A stretch of DNA of 64,000 bases from a virus (lineage: Duplodnaviria > Caudoviricetes), in IMG/VR virus record IMGVR_UViG_3300032218_002273, positions 17,764-81,763 of that record. One strand, written 5' to 3'. The position numbers were made by a program, and so were the translations under genes. The notes below the pieces were generated by a model. That model had not been told where the DNA came from. It was given only the letters and a program-made list of their open reading frames with translations, and made no database searches. Shown piece by piece: positions 44,239 to 56,000 of this stretch (within the stretch, counting starts at the first letter, position 1; every line of letters begins with the position of its first letter).

Positions 44239-45189
44239 ATGTCACAACAAGCTATGGACACAGCTCCAGTAGTAGACTCAATCGCACCATCAGAAGCAGA
44301 ATTAGAAAGTTTTGAAACTGAATCCTCTGATTCTAATACTACAGCAACGGCTGAACAAAAGCAAGAAATTCAAAAACAAATTGAAAAATTAGAAAGAGAA
44401 TTTAAGCTTAAAGTTAACGGCAAAGAAGTAGTAGAAAAAATTGATTTAAATGACGAACAAAGAATTGTAAAAGCTTTACAAATGGAAAAAGCCGCACAAG
44501 AAGCATTTCAAAGAGCTGCAGCTAAGGAAAAAGAATTAAGTAACATGAACTCCCAACTTGATCAATTTTTTAAATTGCTTCAAGAAAATCCACTTCAAGT
44601 ACTATTAAATCCAGAGCTTGGATTAAATGCGGAAGAAATAGCTAATAAAATTTTGGATATGAAGATTGAAGAAGAACTAAAATCTCCAGAACAAAAAGCA
44701 TTAGAAGAAGCTAAAGCTAAACTAGCCGAGTATGAGCATAAAGAAAAAAGTGCTAGAGAAGAAGCGGAAAGACTAAGAACAGAAAAACTACAAGAAGATT
44801 TTGAAAGAGAAATTACAACCTCTATTACTGGAGCTATTGAAAAAGGAGATCTTCCTGCTTCACCTTATATTGTGGCTAAATTTGGTCAATTATTAGAAGC
44901 TGCTATTGATAGAAATATTGAAATTAAACCTGATGATTTAATTCCTTTAGTAAAAAGTGCATACATGCGTGACATGAGAGATATGATCGGCAAGTTACCA
45001 GATGAAATTATTGAAGATATGGTAACTCCAGATCGGATTAAAGGTATTAGAAACAAAAGAATTCAAGCAGTTAAGCAAACTAACGCTAAAGTTGCCTCTA
45101 CTCCAAAGGTAGAAGATACTGGAGCTGCGCCAGTTAAATCTGAATCTAAAAAGAAAGAAAATTTCTTTAAAAAGTTAGGAGATTGGTAA
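44239..45189 (+). CDS. Capsid scaffolding protein
   Basis: Acidic N-terminus, KLKVNGKE.VE motif, coiled coil, directly before MCP. Confidence 0.8.
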   Translation: MSQQAMDTAPVVDSIAPSEAELESFETESSDSNTTATAEQKQEIQKQIEKLEREFKLKVNGKEVVEKIDLNDEQRIVKALQMEKAAQEAFQRAAAKEKELSNMNSQLDQFFKLLQENPLQVLLNPELGLNAEEIANKILDMKIEEELKSPEQKALEEAKAKLAEYEHKEKSAREEAERLRTEKLQEDFEREITTSITGAIEKGDLPASPYIVAKFGQLLEAAIDRNIEIKPDDLIPLVKSAYMRDMRDMIGKLPDEIIEDMVTPDRIKGIRNKRIQAVKQTNAKVASTPKVEDTGAAPVKSESKKKENFFKKLGDW

Positions 45190-45190
45190 T

Positions 45191-45199
45191 TTAACAACT
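45191..45199 (+). promoter_or_regulatory. Late-promoter-like motif
   Basis: TTAACAACT(G), 172 nt before the MCP ATG. Confidence 0.7.
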
Positions 45200-45371
45200 G
45201 TTTATAATGGGATGCCCCAAGTATCCCAATTAATTTGGCTTAAGTATCGAATATGAATTTCTATAGACGTAGTGGCAAGCAATAGCCCCATTACCACCCT
45301 TAAGAAAGTAGTAGGAGATAGTTAGTATATTACAAAACTATTTATTATTATTTTAACAAAGGAAAACTAAA

Positions 45372-46613
45372 ATGGCTCAATTTAACGACTTAGTAAGCTT
45401 AAACGGTCTTTTTAAAGACGTATATGCTGCTGAAATTCACAACATGATCCCGTCTGTAGCAAAGCTACAAGAAATTATTAAATTCGTTGGTAGACAATAC
45501 CAAGAAGGGAATCAATACGTTCAACCACTAGTTCTACAATTAGAGCATGGTGTTTCGTATGGTTCACCAGAAGATGGAGCATTTGATCTAAACGCTTCTA
45601 TCTCAGGTGTTGTAAAACATGCAAGAGTACGTGGTGCTCAAATGTTACTAAGAACATCAGTAGCATATGACTTGCTTGCTCGTTCTCAAAACAATGCAGG
45701 GGCTTTTGCTCAAGCAACTAAATTCGTAGTTCAAGCTATGACTGAATCAATGGCTAAGAAATACGAAGTAGAAATTTTCTATGGTCAATCAAACATTGGA
45801 CTTGTAGAATCTTCTACATCATCACAGTTTGTAATTGAAGCTTCTGAATGGGCTTCTGGTATTTTCTGCGGCGGTAAAGGGATGAAACTTGAAATTAGAA
45901 ATGCTGCAGATAGTGCAAAACTTCAAGATGTAACTATTAGCGCAGTTGATTTTGAAACTAGAACTATTAAAGTAGAAGAAGTTTTAGATCCTGCAGTTAT
46001 TGTTGCTGGATCTGTTATCAAACCTTACAAAGCTCATGGAAAACAAGCAGCAGGTCTAGTAAAAATTATGTCAAATACTGGATCTCTATTTGAAATCGAT
46101 GCTGCTCAATATGAATTATGGAAAGGGAATGTTGTTGACGTTGGTGGAGATTTAACTTTTGCTCTATTAGTAAAACATCTTGCAAAACCAATTGAAAAAG
46201 GTCTTGATAAAGATGTTGTTGCTATTGTTTCTCCTAAAACTTGGACTTCTTTAATGAAAGACCAGGCAGCTCTAAGACGTTTTGATTCTTCTTTCTCAAC
46301 TAAGAAGAGCGAAAACGGTACTATGGCTATCGAGTTCTTCTCTCTTAACGGTAAAATTGAAGTTCATGCTTCTACTTACTGTAAAGATGGATATGCTTTC
46401 ATTTTTGCTCCAGAAGAATTTGCTAGAATTGGTGCAACTGATGTAACTTTTGCACTTCCTGGTATGCCAGATCAATTCTTGCTACAATCTCCAGATAAAG
46501 CAGGATATGAAATGAGATGTTATGTTAACGCTGGATTGTTTACTAAGTCAATTGGTAAAACACTTCTTCTAAAAGGAATTACTCACGCTAGTGATTCAGC
46601 AATCGCTCCTTAA
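45372..46613 (+). CDS. Major capsid protein
   Basis: 413 aa after scaffold, strong codon bias, followed by a terminator. Confidence 0.85.
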   Translation: MAQFNDLVSLNGLFKDVYAAEIHNMIPSVAKLQEIIKFVGRQYQEGNQYVQPLVLQLEHGVSYGSPEDGAFDLNASISGVVKHARVRGAQMLLRTSVAYDLLARSQNNAGAFAQATKFVVQAMTESMAKKYEVEIFYGQSNIGLVESSTSSQFVIEASEWASGIFCGGKGMKLEIRNAADSAKLQDVTISAVDFETRTIKVEEVLDPAVIVAGSVIKPYKAHGKQAAGLVKIMSNTGSLFEIDAAQYELWKGNVVDVGGDLTFALLVKHLAKPIEKGLDKDVVAIVSPKTWTSLMKDQAALRRFDSSFSTKKSENGTMAIEFFSLNGKIEVHASTYCKDGYAFIFAPEEFARIGATDVTFALPGMPDQFLLQSPDKAGYEMRCYVNAGLFTKSIGKTLLLKGITHASDSAIAP

Positions 46614-46651
46614 TCTCTAAAAATCTAAAGGGTTATGCGATGTAACCAATT

Positions 46652-46677
46652 AAGGGAGTCTTCGGATTCCCTTTTTT
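46652..46677 (+). terminator. Intrinsic terminator after MCP
   Basis: AAGGGAGTC-TTCG-GATTCCCTT-TTTT. Confidence 0.9.
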
Positions 46678-46680
46678 ATT

Positions 46681-46690
46681 TTAACAACTA
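46681..46690 (+). promoter_or_regulatory. Late-promoter-like motif restarting transcription after the terminator
   Basis: TTAACAACTA then TAGGAG. Confidence 0.75.
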
Positions 46691-46708
46691 CTTATAGGAG
46701 ATTTGCCT

Positions 46709-47179
46709 ATGTCAGTAATTCTTACAGTCAATAATATAGATTTTGAAATACCTACCCAAGGATCTCAAGCTCCGTGGGCGGAAGGCCTAGATGGATGGCA
46801 TGAAGAAGTTACTAAGGTATTAAAAACATTGTATGGTCAAGGTGATATTTTAGAAACAGGTTGTGCAATTACAAATAATGTTGCAAATCAGAAAGTATAT
46901 AAACTTGCTTTTGATCCATTAGTTGTAAGATCTTTTGCAGTAAGAGGTAGCATCTCAAGACCTTCTTCAAGTTCCTATGTTTATGAGGAATTTGTTTTAG
47001 TTGGTTTAAATGAAGGGGGTAACTGGAGACTACAGCAAGATGGAATTGGAAATGCTGGAATCACTTTTACAATACAAGATAACGGACAAATACTCTATAC
47101 AAGTACAAATCTAAACAATAACACACCTGGCATAATCAAGTATAGAGGTATAGGTCTTTTACAAAAATTAGACAACTAA
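46709..47179 (+). CDS. Virion structural protein, unknown
   Basis: ATG 46709 after TAGGAG. Confidence 0.6.
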   Translation: MSVILTVNNIDFEIPTQGSQAPWAEGLDGWHEEVTKVLKTLYGQGDILETGCAITNNVANQKVYKLAFDPLVVRSFAVRGSISRPSSSSYVYEEFVLVGLNEGGNWRLQQDGIGNAGITFTIQDNGQILYTSTNLNNNTPGIIKYRGIGLLQKLDN

Positions 47180-47189
47180 GGAATAAATA

Positions 47190-50100
47190 ATGACAATGCG
47201 TATTGGTAGACGATATTTCTTACATGGACTAGAATTACGTCCAACAACTGTTGAGACTGAAGTAACAGAAGGAACTATATTAGTAAACAGTTCTGAAAAA
47301 ATTTTAAAAATTCAATTAGGGGATACTTTAAGAAAAGTCATTACAGACACTCAATTTCAAACAGTTATAAATAAAGTATTTGGAATTTCTACTGAATCAA
47401 ACACAACAAATACAGGATCTGAAGCCTCTTTACCTCAACCCACAACGGGCGGTATTTTATTAAAAAATACATCATTAAACTCTATTGCAAATATTGGCGC
47501 AGGCGTTAGCGGACAACAATTAACTATTTTTAATAGAACTGGAAATTATGTAGGAGTTATAGACTCTTCTGCTATAAAAGGAATAACAGAAAATAGAATT
47601 CTTACAGGAACAGGAGCCTCAATTTCTTTAGCTCCAAACGCTTCTCTTAATTTAACCTATGACTTAGATGCTGCAAAATGGCAAGTAGTTGGTGGTTCTG
47701 GTGGAGGAGGTTTAACTTTTCAAGCTGTACAACCTCCGTCTCCGATAGGCCCTTTTAATGTTTTAACTCCAATATATCACGATGGTTTAGGTTGGAAAAA
47801 AGCAATAGCTAATGGATTAAATCCGAATACACTAGCTACTTATATTGTAGTAGAATCGTCACAAACTTCTTTTACTGCTGCAAAATTTGGTGTTTTTACA
47901 ATTCAAGATCACGGTAAAACGGTTGGAGAGTTTTATTATGTATCTGCTGCAACAGAAGGCACTACCACTTCAGACGAACCTATAACAGGATATTCAAATC
48001 CTGTATTTTACGTAGAAGATCAAAATAAAATTCATGCGATGGTTCATAGACCAACATCTCTACAAAAAACTAGTTCTTTTGTAGATGATGCTTTTTATGT
48101 ATATGATTTAGTTGATACGACTAAAAAATTTAAAATTGATGTAGATGGAAACTTCTCAACTACAACCACTTTAAAATCATCTCAAACACAAGATAGAACT
48201 TTAATATTACCTGATATAACAGATACTTTAGTAACAAAAAATACAATAGATACTCTTACTAATAAGACTCTAGTAGATTCTACTACAACAATAGTTGACG
48301 CATCAGATACTACAAAAAAGCTAAGATTTGATATTGGAGGAACTACAAATACATCAACTACAATAATCTCCTCTCAAACTACAGATAGAATACTATCTCT
48401 CCCTAACAATACAGGAACTTTAGTTTCTACTGGAGATATTGGAACAGTAACTTCAGCAATGATAGCAGATAGTACAATTGTTGATGCTGACATATCTACA
48501 ACAGCAGCAATCGCAAGAAGTAAAACTGCAGCAGGATCAGCTTATAGATTAGTCACAAATGGATCTGATGGTAAATTAATTGATGCAGCAGCAATAACAC
48601 CTGCAAAAGTTTTAATATCCGATGCAAATGGTATACCAACATCTTCTTCAGTAACTTCTGCTGAATTAGTAAAACTGTCAGGATCGATTACTACTACAAA
48701 TACTGTACTAGGCACAAGCTCAACTGGAGCTTTGGTAGATGTTCCTGGATTAACTTATACATCTAATGCAATTATTTTAAATAATACTAAACATTTAGAA
48801 GAACAAGCTATTACTGATGCAGTGACTACTGGAACGGCATCAGTAATGACATTAGGTAATAGCGGAGTTTTAAGAATAACCAATGCGTCTTTAGCATCCT
48901 TATCAGGAATAACTGGAGGAGCTGACGGAAGAAAATTAGTATTATTAAATAGAACAGGCAGGGCGGTGGTTCTTTTAAATGAATCAACTTTAAGCGCTAC
49001 AATAACTAATAGAATTATAACAGGAACGGCTACAGATTTATCTATGGCAAATAATAGTGCCGTAGCTTTACTTTATGATGCTACTACTCAAAGATGGCAA
49101 GTAGTTGGAGGTTCTGGATCTGGATCTGGGGGAAGCTCTGGAGCAAATACTTCTTTAAGCAATTTAACAAGTCCTACAACAATAAATGCTTCTTTATTGC
49201 CAAATGCTAATGCTGGTTTAACTTTAGGTACAATTGATGATGGATGGGATATTGTATATGCTGGAGGATATAGAACTCATAATAAAGCAAAAACTATAAC
49301 AATTACCACCACAACTAATAACTATACCGTAACAGTATCTTCTATAGTAGGAATTGTTGCCGGAGTATCTAGAATTGTAAATACTACAGCATTTCCCGGT
49401 ATGCCAGAAGGTCTTTTAGTAACTTCAGTAGGAACAACTACAGTAACAGTAGAAAGTTCTAGTTATGGAGTAACTGCCGTTACAGCTTCATCCTCTAAAG
49501 TATTATCTCCTTTAGATTTACAATCCTTATCAGAAACTGTAGCAGGAACTCAATCAGCTCCAGTTGTAATAAAATCAGGCACCACTCTTAATGGAAGTAG
49601 TAGAACAGGTTCAATAACAGTAGCATCAAGCGATGGTACAGCACAGACAGGAAATATTTCTATAGCAACAGGAACAACCACAGGATTTACAAGTGGTTCT
49701 ATTTCTATAACAACAGGACTAGCAAACTCACTTTCCGGAGATATAACCATTAAGGCAGGAGATGCTAATGGAATGGTTGGAACCGAAGTTGCTGGAAATA
49801 TAACAATACAGGCAGGAAATACTAATACAGGACTTGGTGGAAATGTAACTATTACAGCACCTTATAAAGCCTCAATTGAAGCTTACGCTTTAGTAAAAAT
49901 TTCAAATAATACAAAAGTTTACGAAAGAGCTTTTAGTACTACATTAAGTGCAAATATAAATACAGCAACAACTATAAGTAATTTTTCTATAGATCCAACA
50001 AATGGATATGGAACAAACTCTCAAAAATTTACAAAAATTAATTATTTATTAGTTGAAAATACAACAGGTGAAGTTAGATGCGGAACATTACTAATTGCCG

Positions 50101-50267
50101 CAAAAAGTAGTAGTGTGTTTAGTATAAACGATACTTACACAGAAACTGCAAAAATTGGTAACGGAGTCGAGTTTTTATTAGCTCAAAATTCTGGAGTTAT
50201 AGCATTACAATATAAAGGAACATCTACTAATACAGTAAGTGCAAAATTTGATGCAGTAAATATGTAA
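47190..50267 (+). CDS. Long T/S/G-rich fibre or appendage protein
   Basis: Two RI.TGT..KWQVVGG modules; beta-helix-like I.I.TG repeats. Confidence 0.75.
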   Translation: MTMRIGRRYFLHGLELRPTTVETEVTEGTILVNSSEKILKIQLGDTLRKVITDTQFQTVINKVFGISTESNTTNTGSEASLPQPTTGGILLKNTSLNSIANIGAGVSGQQLTIFNRTGNYVGVIDSSAIKGITENRILTGTGASISLAPNASLNLTYDLDAAKWQVVGGSGGGGLTFQAVQPPSPIGPFNVLTPIYHDGLGWKKAIANGLNPNTLATYIVVESSQTSFTAAKFGVFTIQDHGKTVGEFYYVSAATEGTTTSDEPITGYSNPVFYVEDQNKIHAMVHRPTSLQKTSSFVDDAFYVYDLVDTTKKFKIDVDGNFSTTTTLKSSQTQDRTLILPDITDTLVTKNTIDTLTNKTLVDSTTTIVDASDTTKKLRFDIGGTTNTSTTIISSQTTDRILSLPNNTGTLVSTGDIGTVTSAMIADSTIVDADISTTAAIARSKTAAGSAYRLVTNGSDGKLIDAAAITPAKVLISDANGIPTSSSVTSAELVKLSGSITTTNTVLGTSSTGALVDVPGLTYTSNAIILNNTKHLEEQAITDAVTTGTASVMTLGNSGVLRITNASLASLSGITGGADGRKLVLLNRTGRAVVLLNESTLSATITNRIITGTATDLSMANNSAVALLYDATTQRWQVVGGSGSGSGGSSGANTSLSNLTSPTTINASLLPNANAGLTLGTIDDGWDIVYAGGYRTHNKAKTITITTTTNNYTVTVSSIVGIVAGVSRIVNTTAFPGMPEGLLVTSVGTTTVTVESSSYGVTAVTASSSKVLSPLDLQSLSETVAGTQSAPVVIKSGTTLNGSSRTGSITVASSDGTAQTGNISIATGTTTGFTSGSISITTGLANSLSGDITIKAGDANGMVGTEVAGNITIQAGNTNTGLGGNVTITAPYKASIEAYALVKISNNTKVYERAFSTTLSANINTATTISNFSIDPTNGYGTNSQKFTKINYLLVENTTGEVRCGTLLIAAKSSSVFSINDTYTETAKIGNGVEFLLAQNSGVIALQYKGTSTNTVSAKFDAVNM

Positions 50268-50305
50268 TTAATTTTATCCTTTGATAGTGATAAGGGGAAA
50301 ACAAA

Positions 50306-53005
50306 ATGTCTCAACAATCTTTTAAAGTTGAAAAGTCAATTAGACTAAAACCTATAGTTTTATCTACTTTGACAAATCCAGAAAATGGTGAATTAGCAAT
50401 TGATTCTTCTGATTCTAATATATTAAAAAAATATAACGAAACAACATCTGCTTGGGAATTAATTATTCCAAATGCAGTATTAACGACATCGATACAAACA
50501 CTGACAAATAAATCATTAGTAGATTCTTCTACAACAATCATAGATGCAACTGACGCAACTAAACAATTAAAATTTGATGCCGCAGGAACTACATCAACTT
50601 CAACTACATTAGCAACATCTCAAACAGCAAATAGAACACTCACACTACCTGACACGACAGGTACTTTAATTTCATCAGCAGATGTAGGTACAGTAACTTC
50701 CCCAATGATTGCTAATGGTACAATAATAAATGCAGATATTTCAGCAACTGCTGCAATCTCCTTATCAAAACTTGCAACGGGGGCATTGCCATCATCAATA
50801 ACAGTAGATAGCTCTAACATTGTAGACGGTAGTATCGTAAATGAAGATATTTCAGCAACAGCCGCTATAGCATTGTCAAAACTTGCAACCGGTGCATTAC
50901 CTTCAGCTATTACTGTAGACAGTACTAACATTGTAGATGGTAGTATCGTAAATGCAGATATAAGTGCTACTGCTGCTATAGCTCTTTCAAAATTAGCTAC
51001 AGGAGCTTTACCATCAGCAATAACAGTAGACAGTGCCAATATTGTAGATGGTAGCATTGTAAATGCAGATATTTCAGCAACAGCAGCAATTGCATTATCT
51101 AAATTAGCTACAGGAGCATTACCTTCCGCCATTACAGTAGATAGTACAAATATCGTAGATGGCAGTATTGTAAATGCAGATATTAATGCTAGTGCTGCAA
51201 TTGTAGATACAAAATTAGCCACAATATCAACAGCAGGTAAAGTTGCAAATTCTGCAACAACAGCTACTTCAACTAATACATCAAGTACAATAGTAGCTAG
51301 AGATGCCTCTGGAAATTTTTCAGCAGGAACTATAACAGCAAGTTTAAACGGAAATGCAAGCACTGTAACTACTAATGCTAATTTAACAGGCCCCGTAACT
51401 TCTGTAGGAAATGCTACTAGTATTGGAACTGGAGTAATTACCTCTACTATGATTGCAGATGGCACAATAGTAGATGGCGATATTTCATCTTCGGCAGCAA
51501 TTGCCTTATCTAAGTTAGCTACAGGTGCATTACCAACAGGCATTACTATAGCTAGTGCAAATATAGTAGACGGTACAATTGTTGACGCAGATATTAGTGC
51601 AACTGCTGCAATTGCTTTATCTAAACTTGCAACAGGGGCGTTACCAACAGCTATTACAGTCAATAGTTCAAATATTGTAGATGGAAGTATTATTGATGCC
51701 GATGTAAGCGCAACTGCCGCTATAGCTCTTTCTAAACTAGCTACAGGTGCATTACCAACAGGCATTACTATAGCTAGTGCAAATATAGTAGATGGTACAA
51801 TTGTAAATGCAGACATTAATTCTAGTGCCGCTATAGCTCTTTCTAAACTAGCTACAGGAGCATTACCATCAGCTATTACTGTAGATAGTACTAACATAGT
51901 AGATGGTAGCATTGTAAATGCAGATATTAATGCTAGTGCAGCAATTGCATTATCAAAATTAGCTACAGGGGCGTTACCAACAGGTATCACAATTGCAAGT
52001 GCTAACCTTGTAGATGGTACAATTGTAAATGCAGATATTAATTCTAATGCTGCAATTGATGCTAGTAAAATTGCAGATGGATCAATTTCAAATACAGAAT
52101 TTCAATATTTAAATAACGTAAGATCAAATATTCAAAATCAAATTGATTTTGCAGGAGGTCAAATAGTTATTTCTCCTACTACCAACGGAGAGACTACTAC
52201 TTTAACTTTAACAACAAAAACAGCAATAATTATAACTACAAACACCTTTACACATAATGTAAAATTTCCAAGTGCATCTTCTTCGTTATTAGGTGAAGAA
52301 TATAAAGTATATAATCCAGGAACCGTTGCAATAACTGTAAAAGATAGCACGGATAATACTGTTATAAACATTCCTGCTTCTTATGTAGGTTTTTTCAAAT
52401 TAATAAGTAATACAAATTCTCCAAGCTCTTGGGCATCTGTAGTACTTCCAATTCTTAATAACTCCTCACAATTAAATGCAGCATCTAATAAAATTATAAA
52501 TGTTGCTAATCCTGATAATAACACGGATGCAGCTAACAAATTTTATGTAGATTCTGTAGCTGGTGATAGAATTCTAGTTGGAGCTAATACGCCTGCCTAT
52601 ATAAAATGGGCAACTAATAACATTACTAAATATAACCAAACTGCAAAGTATTCAAGTTTAAGTTTAACAAATACAACTACAAAATTAAACTTAGTTAGAA
52701 CTTCTACCTTCAGTTTAACCGAAGATTATCAATCTACTATTAAAATAATAATAAAAGGATTGGTAAACAACAATACCGCATCTGCAGTATTTGTAAAAAA
52801 TGTACATATAGCTAATGGAACTTTAATAAACACAGATGACACTTTTATCTCCAGAAACTCTTATGCACAAACTGCAGACATACAGTGCGATTTGACTTAT
52901 AACACAGTTAATACTAAATTTGTACTAGACGTATTTACGAGTGCAATTGATGTTACCATGCTTTCAAGTTCAGTAATTATAATTTTAGAAGAATCTCAGT
53001 ATTAA
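50306..53005 (+). CDS. Fibre protein with nine 37-aa repeats
   Basis: IVDGSIVNADISATAAIALSKLATGALPSAITVDSTN units. Confidence 0.8.
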   Translation: MSQQSFKVEKSIRLKPIVLSTLTNPENGELAIDSSDSNILKKYNETTSAWELIIPNAVLTTSIQTLTNKSLVDSSTTIIDATDATKQLKFDAAGTTSTSTTLATSQTANRTLTLPDTTGTLISSADVGTVTSPMIANGTIINADISATAAISLSKLATGALPSSITVDSSNIVDGSIVNEDISATAAIALSKLATGALPSAITVDSTNIVDGSIVNADISATAAIALSKLATGALPSAITVDSANIVDGSIVNADISATAAIALSKLATGALPSAITVDSTNIVDGSIVNADINASAAIVDTKLATISTAGKVANSATTATSTNTSSTIVARDASGNFSAGTITASLNGNASTVTTNANLTGPVTSVGNATSIGTGVITSTMIADGTIVDGDISSSAAIALSKLATGALPTGITIASANIVDGTIVDADISATAAIALSKLATGALPTAITVNSSNIVDGSIIDADVSATAAIALSKLATGALPTGITIASANIVDGTIVNADINSSAAIALSKLATGALPSAITVDSTNIVDGSIVNADINASAAIALSKLATGALPTGITIASANLVDGTIVNADINSNAAIDASKIADGSISNTEFQYLNNVRSNIQNQIDFAGGQIVISPTTNGETTTLTLTTKTAIIITTNTFTHNVKFPSASSSLLGEEYKVYNPGTVAITVKDSTDNTVINIPASYVGFFKLISNTNSPSSWASVVLPILNNSSQLNAASNKIINVANPDNNTDAANKFYVDSVAGDRILVGANTPAYIKWATNNITKYNQTAKYSSLSLTNTTTKLNLVRTSTFSLTEDYQSTIKIIIKGLVNNNTASAVFVKNVHIANGTLINTDDTFISRNSYAQTADIQCDLTYNTVNTKFVLDVFTSAIDVTMLSSSVIIILEESQY
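50730..52050 (+). repeat. 111-bp intragenic tandem repeats (4 + 5 units)
   Basis: Recurring AAACT(T/A)GC(A/T)AC(A/G)GG codon block; boundaries approximate. Confidence 0.9.
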
Positions 53006-53020
53006 AAATAGGAGAATAAA

Positions 53021-56000
53021 ATGACTACAAAATTATTATATCACTTTAATGGAAATAGTCTAGACTATTCTGGAAATGATAGACATTTATCTCCAATATA
53101 TGGCGCTACTATAACGTATCCGGCAGGAAAATTTTCAAATGGAATGAGTGGTGGTCAATTAATAAACCTAGCACATAATTTATCATCAATAGGCACTGGA
53201 AATTTTACTATTGAATTTTTTGTAAAAATGGAAGTAGATCCTAATCAAACTTTGCAATCTGGCATATTTTCATTATATTACGGACAAAATAATACAGGCC
53301 CTTTAATCAATATGGATTTTTCCACTCATGCTTTTGATGCAGAAAGGTATATAGGAATAAGTATTTTTACTCAAAATGGAGGTAGCGGTAGTGATTACAT
53401 TATTCTTAGAAATTCAGATGCAGCACCTTATATTGGAACTGGATTTCATCATGTAGCTATTGTTAGAACAAGCTTAACAAATATAGATGCGTATATAGAT
53501 GGATCTAAAATAGGTCAAATTACATGCCCTGATACTTTTGCAATAGTTCCAGGTATGATTACTATAGGACAAAGAGATGTTGTTCAAGTAATAGATGAAT
53601 TTAGAGTTTCTGACATTGCAATATATACTGAAAATTTTACAGTACCTGATTCTGAATTTGTTGGAACGGCGGTTAGTTTTTTAGCCCCAACAAAATTATT
53701 ATATCATTTTAATGATAATGCTAATGATTCTTCTGGAAATGCACTAGATTTAACAGTTACAGGATTTCCTGCATACATAGAAGGTAAATTCAATAACGGT
53801 ATAAGAGGATTTAGCTCTTCTAATTATGTATCTAAAGATTTTACACCAATGCAAATTAGAGATATTTTATCAGATGGTTTAAATTTCACAATTGATTTTT
53901 ACGCAAAAGCAAATAATTCAAATACAACAGTACAGCATATTATAGATATAGGATCTGAGTTAAGTATAGGTTTATTTTATAATACAAGCACGGGAGAAAA
54001 CGGAATAAAGATTCAAAACTCGACCACTAGTTTTTATAATTCAGATATAGTTGGAATAAATGATTCTTTATTTCATCATTTTGCACTAGTAAGAAACAAT
54101 AATAATTTAAAATTATTTGTAGATGGGAAGATTATTTTTCAAAATACTAATTTTACCACATCACTAGATTTAAATAACAATCTTACTATGACCATAGGTA
54201 ATAGCTCAAACAAAACTGCTTTTGGAGATGCTCCATTCTTAGGAACATTAGATGAACTAAGAATTTCAAATATGGCTTTATTTTCTACAAATTTCTTAGC
54301 TCCGAGACAAGAAGCAACAATTATACCTCATAGAAAAGTGGCGCAAAAGACTTTAGGAAACAAATTATTGTTAGAATTAAATTATGATGCTGCTACTTAT
54401 GGTTACTCAGCTCCTTTAGGATCAATGGCGCTAGTATCAGAATCAAATTCTATTGTTGGTAGATTATTACATAAAAAAGGTACAAACGATGCAGATTGGG
54501 AATCGCACGATATATCAGAACTTCAAGCATTATTAGATTCAAAATTAGATTTACCAACAGGAAATAGTACGCAATATATAACAGGTGATGGATCTTTAGC
54601 AACTTTTCCTTCTTTTGGATCTTCAGATAAATTAATAACTCAAGTATATAATGACACCGCTTCAACAATAGGAATTTTTAATGTTGTTTATGTAGATGGA
54701 GGTCATGGACAATTACCCACAATTGCATTAGCACGAGCAAATGCAGAAAGTACTTCAAGTAAATCATTTGGGGTAACATACACAAGTATATCAGCTAAGT
54801 CTACAGGCTATGTAGCTAATGCTGGAGTTATTGTTGGATTAAATACTCAAGATTATCAAGTTGGAGATTCTTTATGGCTAAGTCCTTCAATTGCCGGAGG
54901 AGTCACCACTACTAAACCATCTGCTCCGAATCATATGGTATTTATTGGAACTGTAATAAATAGGCATCCTAATAATGGTGTAGTTGATGTAAAAATACAA
55001 AATGGTTTTGAAATACAAGAATTACATGATGTTCAAATTGCCTCAATACAAGACAATCAAGTTTTAAAGTATGATGCTCCTAATTCTTTATGGAAAAATG
55101 AAACTCTAGTAAAATCAGATGTGGGGCTTGGCAATGTACCAAATGTAGATGCCACTGTTGCAAGCAACATTACACAAGATGCAACTCATAGATTTGTAAC
55201 AGATACAGAAAAAACAACTTGGAATAGTAAACAAAATGCAATAGGTTTTACTACAGAAAATTCAGCAAACAAAGTTACATCGTTAGATAATCCAAATAGT
55301 ACAACATACGCAACAACCTCAGCAATATCTACTGCATTAAGTGCAAAAGAAAATACAATAACTGGAGGTACTACATCTCAATACTGGAGAGGAGATAAAT
55401 CATGGCAAACTTTAGACAAATCAGCAGTAGGACTTGGTAATGTACCAAATGTAGACGCTACTGTTGCAAGCAACATTACACAAGACTCAACCCACAGATT
55501 CACCACAGATACAGAAAAAACAACTTGGAATTCTAAAGAATCCGCTATAACATCAGGCACCACTTCGCAATACTGGAGAGGAGATAAATCATGGCAAACT
55601 TTAGACAAATCAGCAGTAGGACTTGGTAATGTACCAAATGTAGACGCTACTGTTGCAAGTAATATCGTACAAGACTCAACTCATAGATTTGTAACAGATA
55701 CAGAAAAAACAACTTGGAATTCTGCAATAATTCCCACAGATACTTCTATAGCTAGTAATGATATAGATTGGACAACAGGAACAACTTTTTATAAAACAAT
55801 AGCTGCGGACACAACATTAACTTTTTCTAATGTTACAGCAGGAAAATATATTAGCGTGTCTATAACAAACTCAAGCCCAACTCTTCCATATAGTGTAACA
55901 TTTCCTAATGGCATACTATGTGAAGGCGCTTCTATTAATGGATATATTCCACCAAATTCAAGTAGAGTTTTTACGTTTATTAAAATAAACACTACTATTT

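Noticed and set aside
50620-51990. 456-aa minus-strand ORF
   Set aside because: Antisense shadow of the repeat fibre gene; no RBS or independent features.
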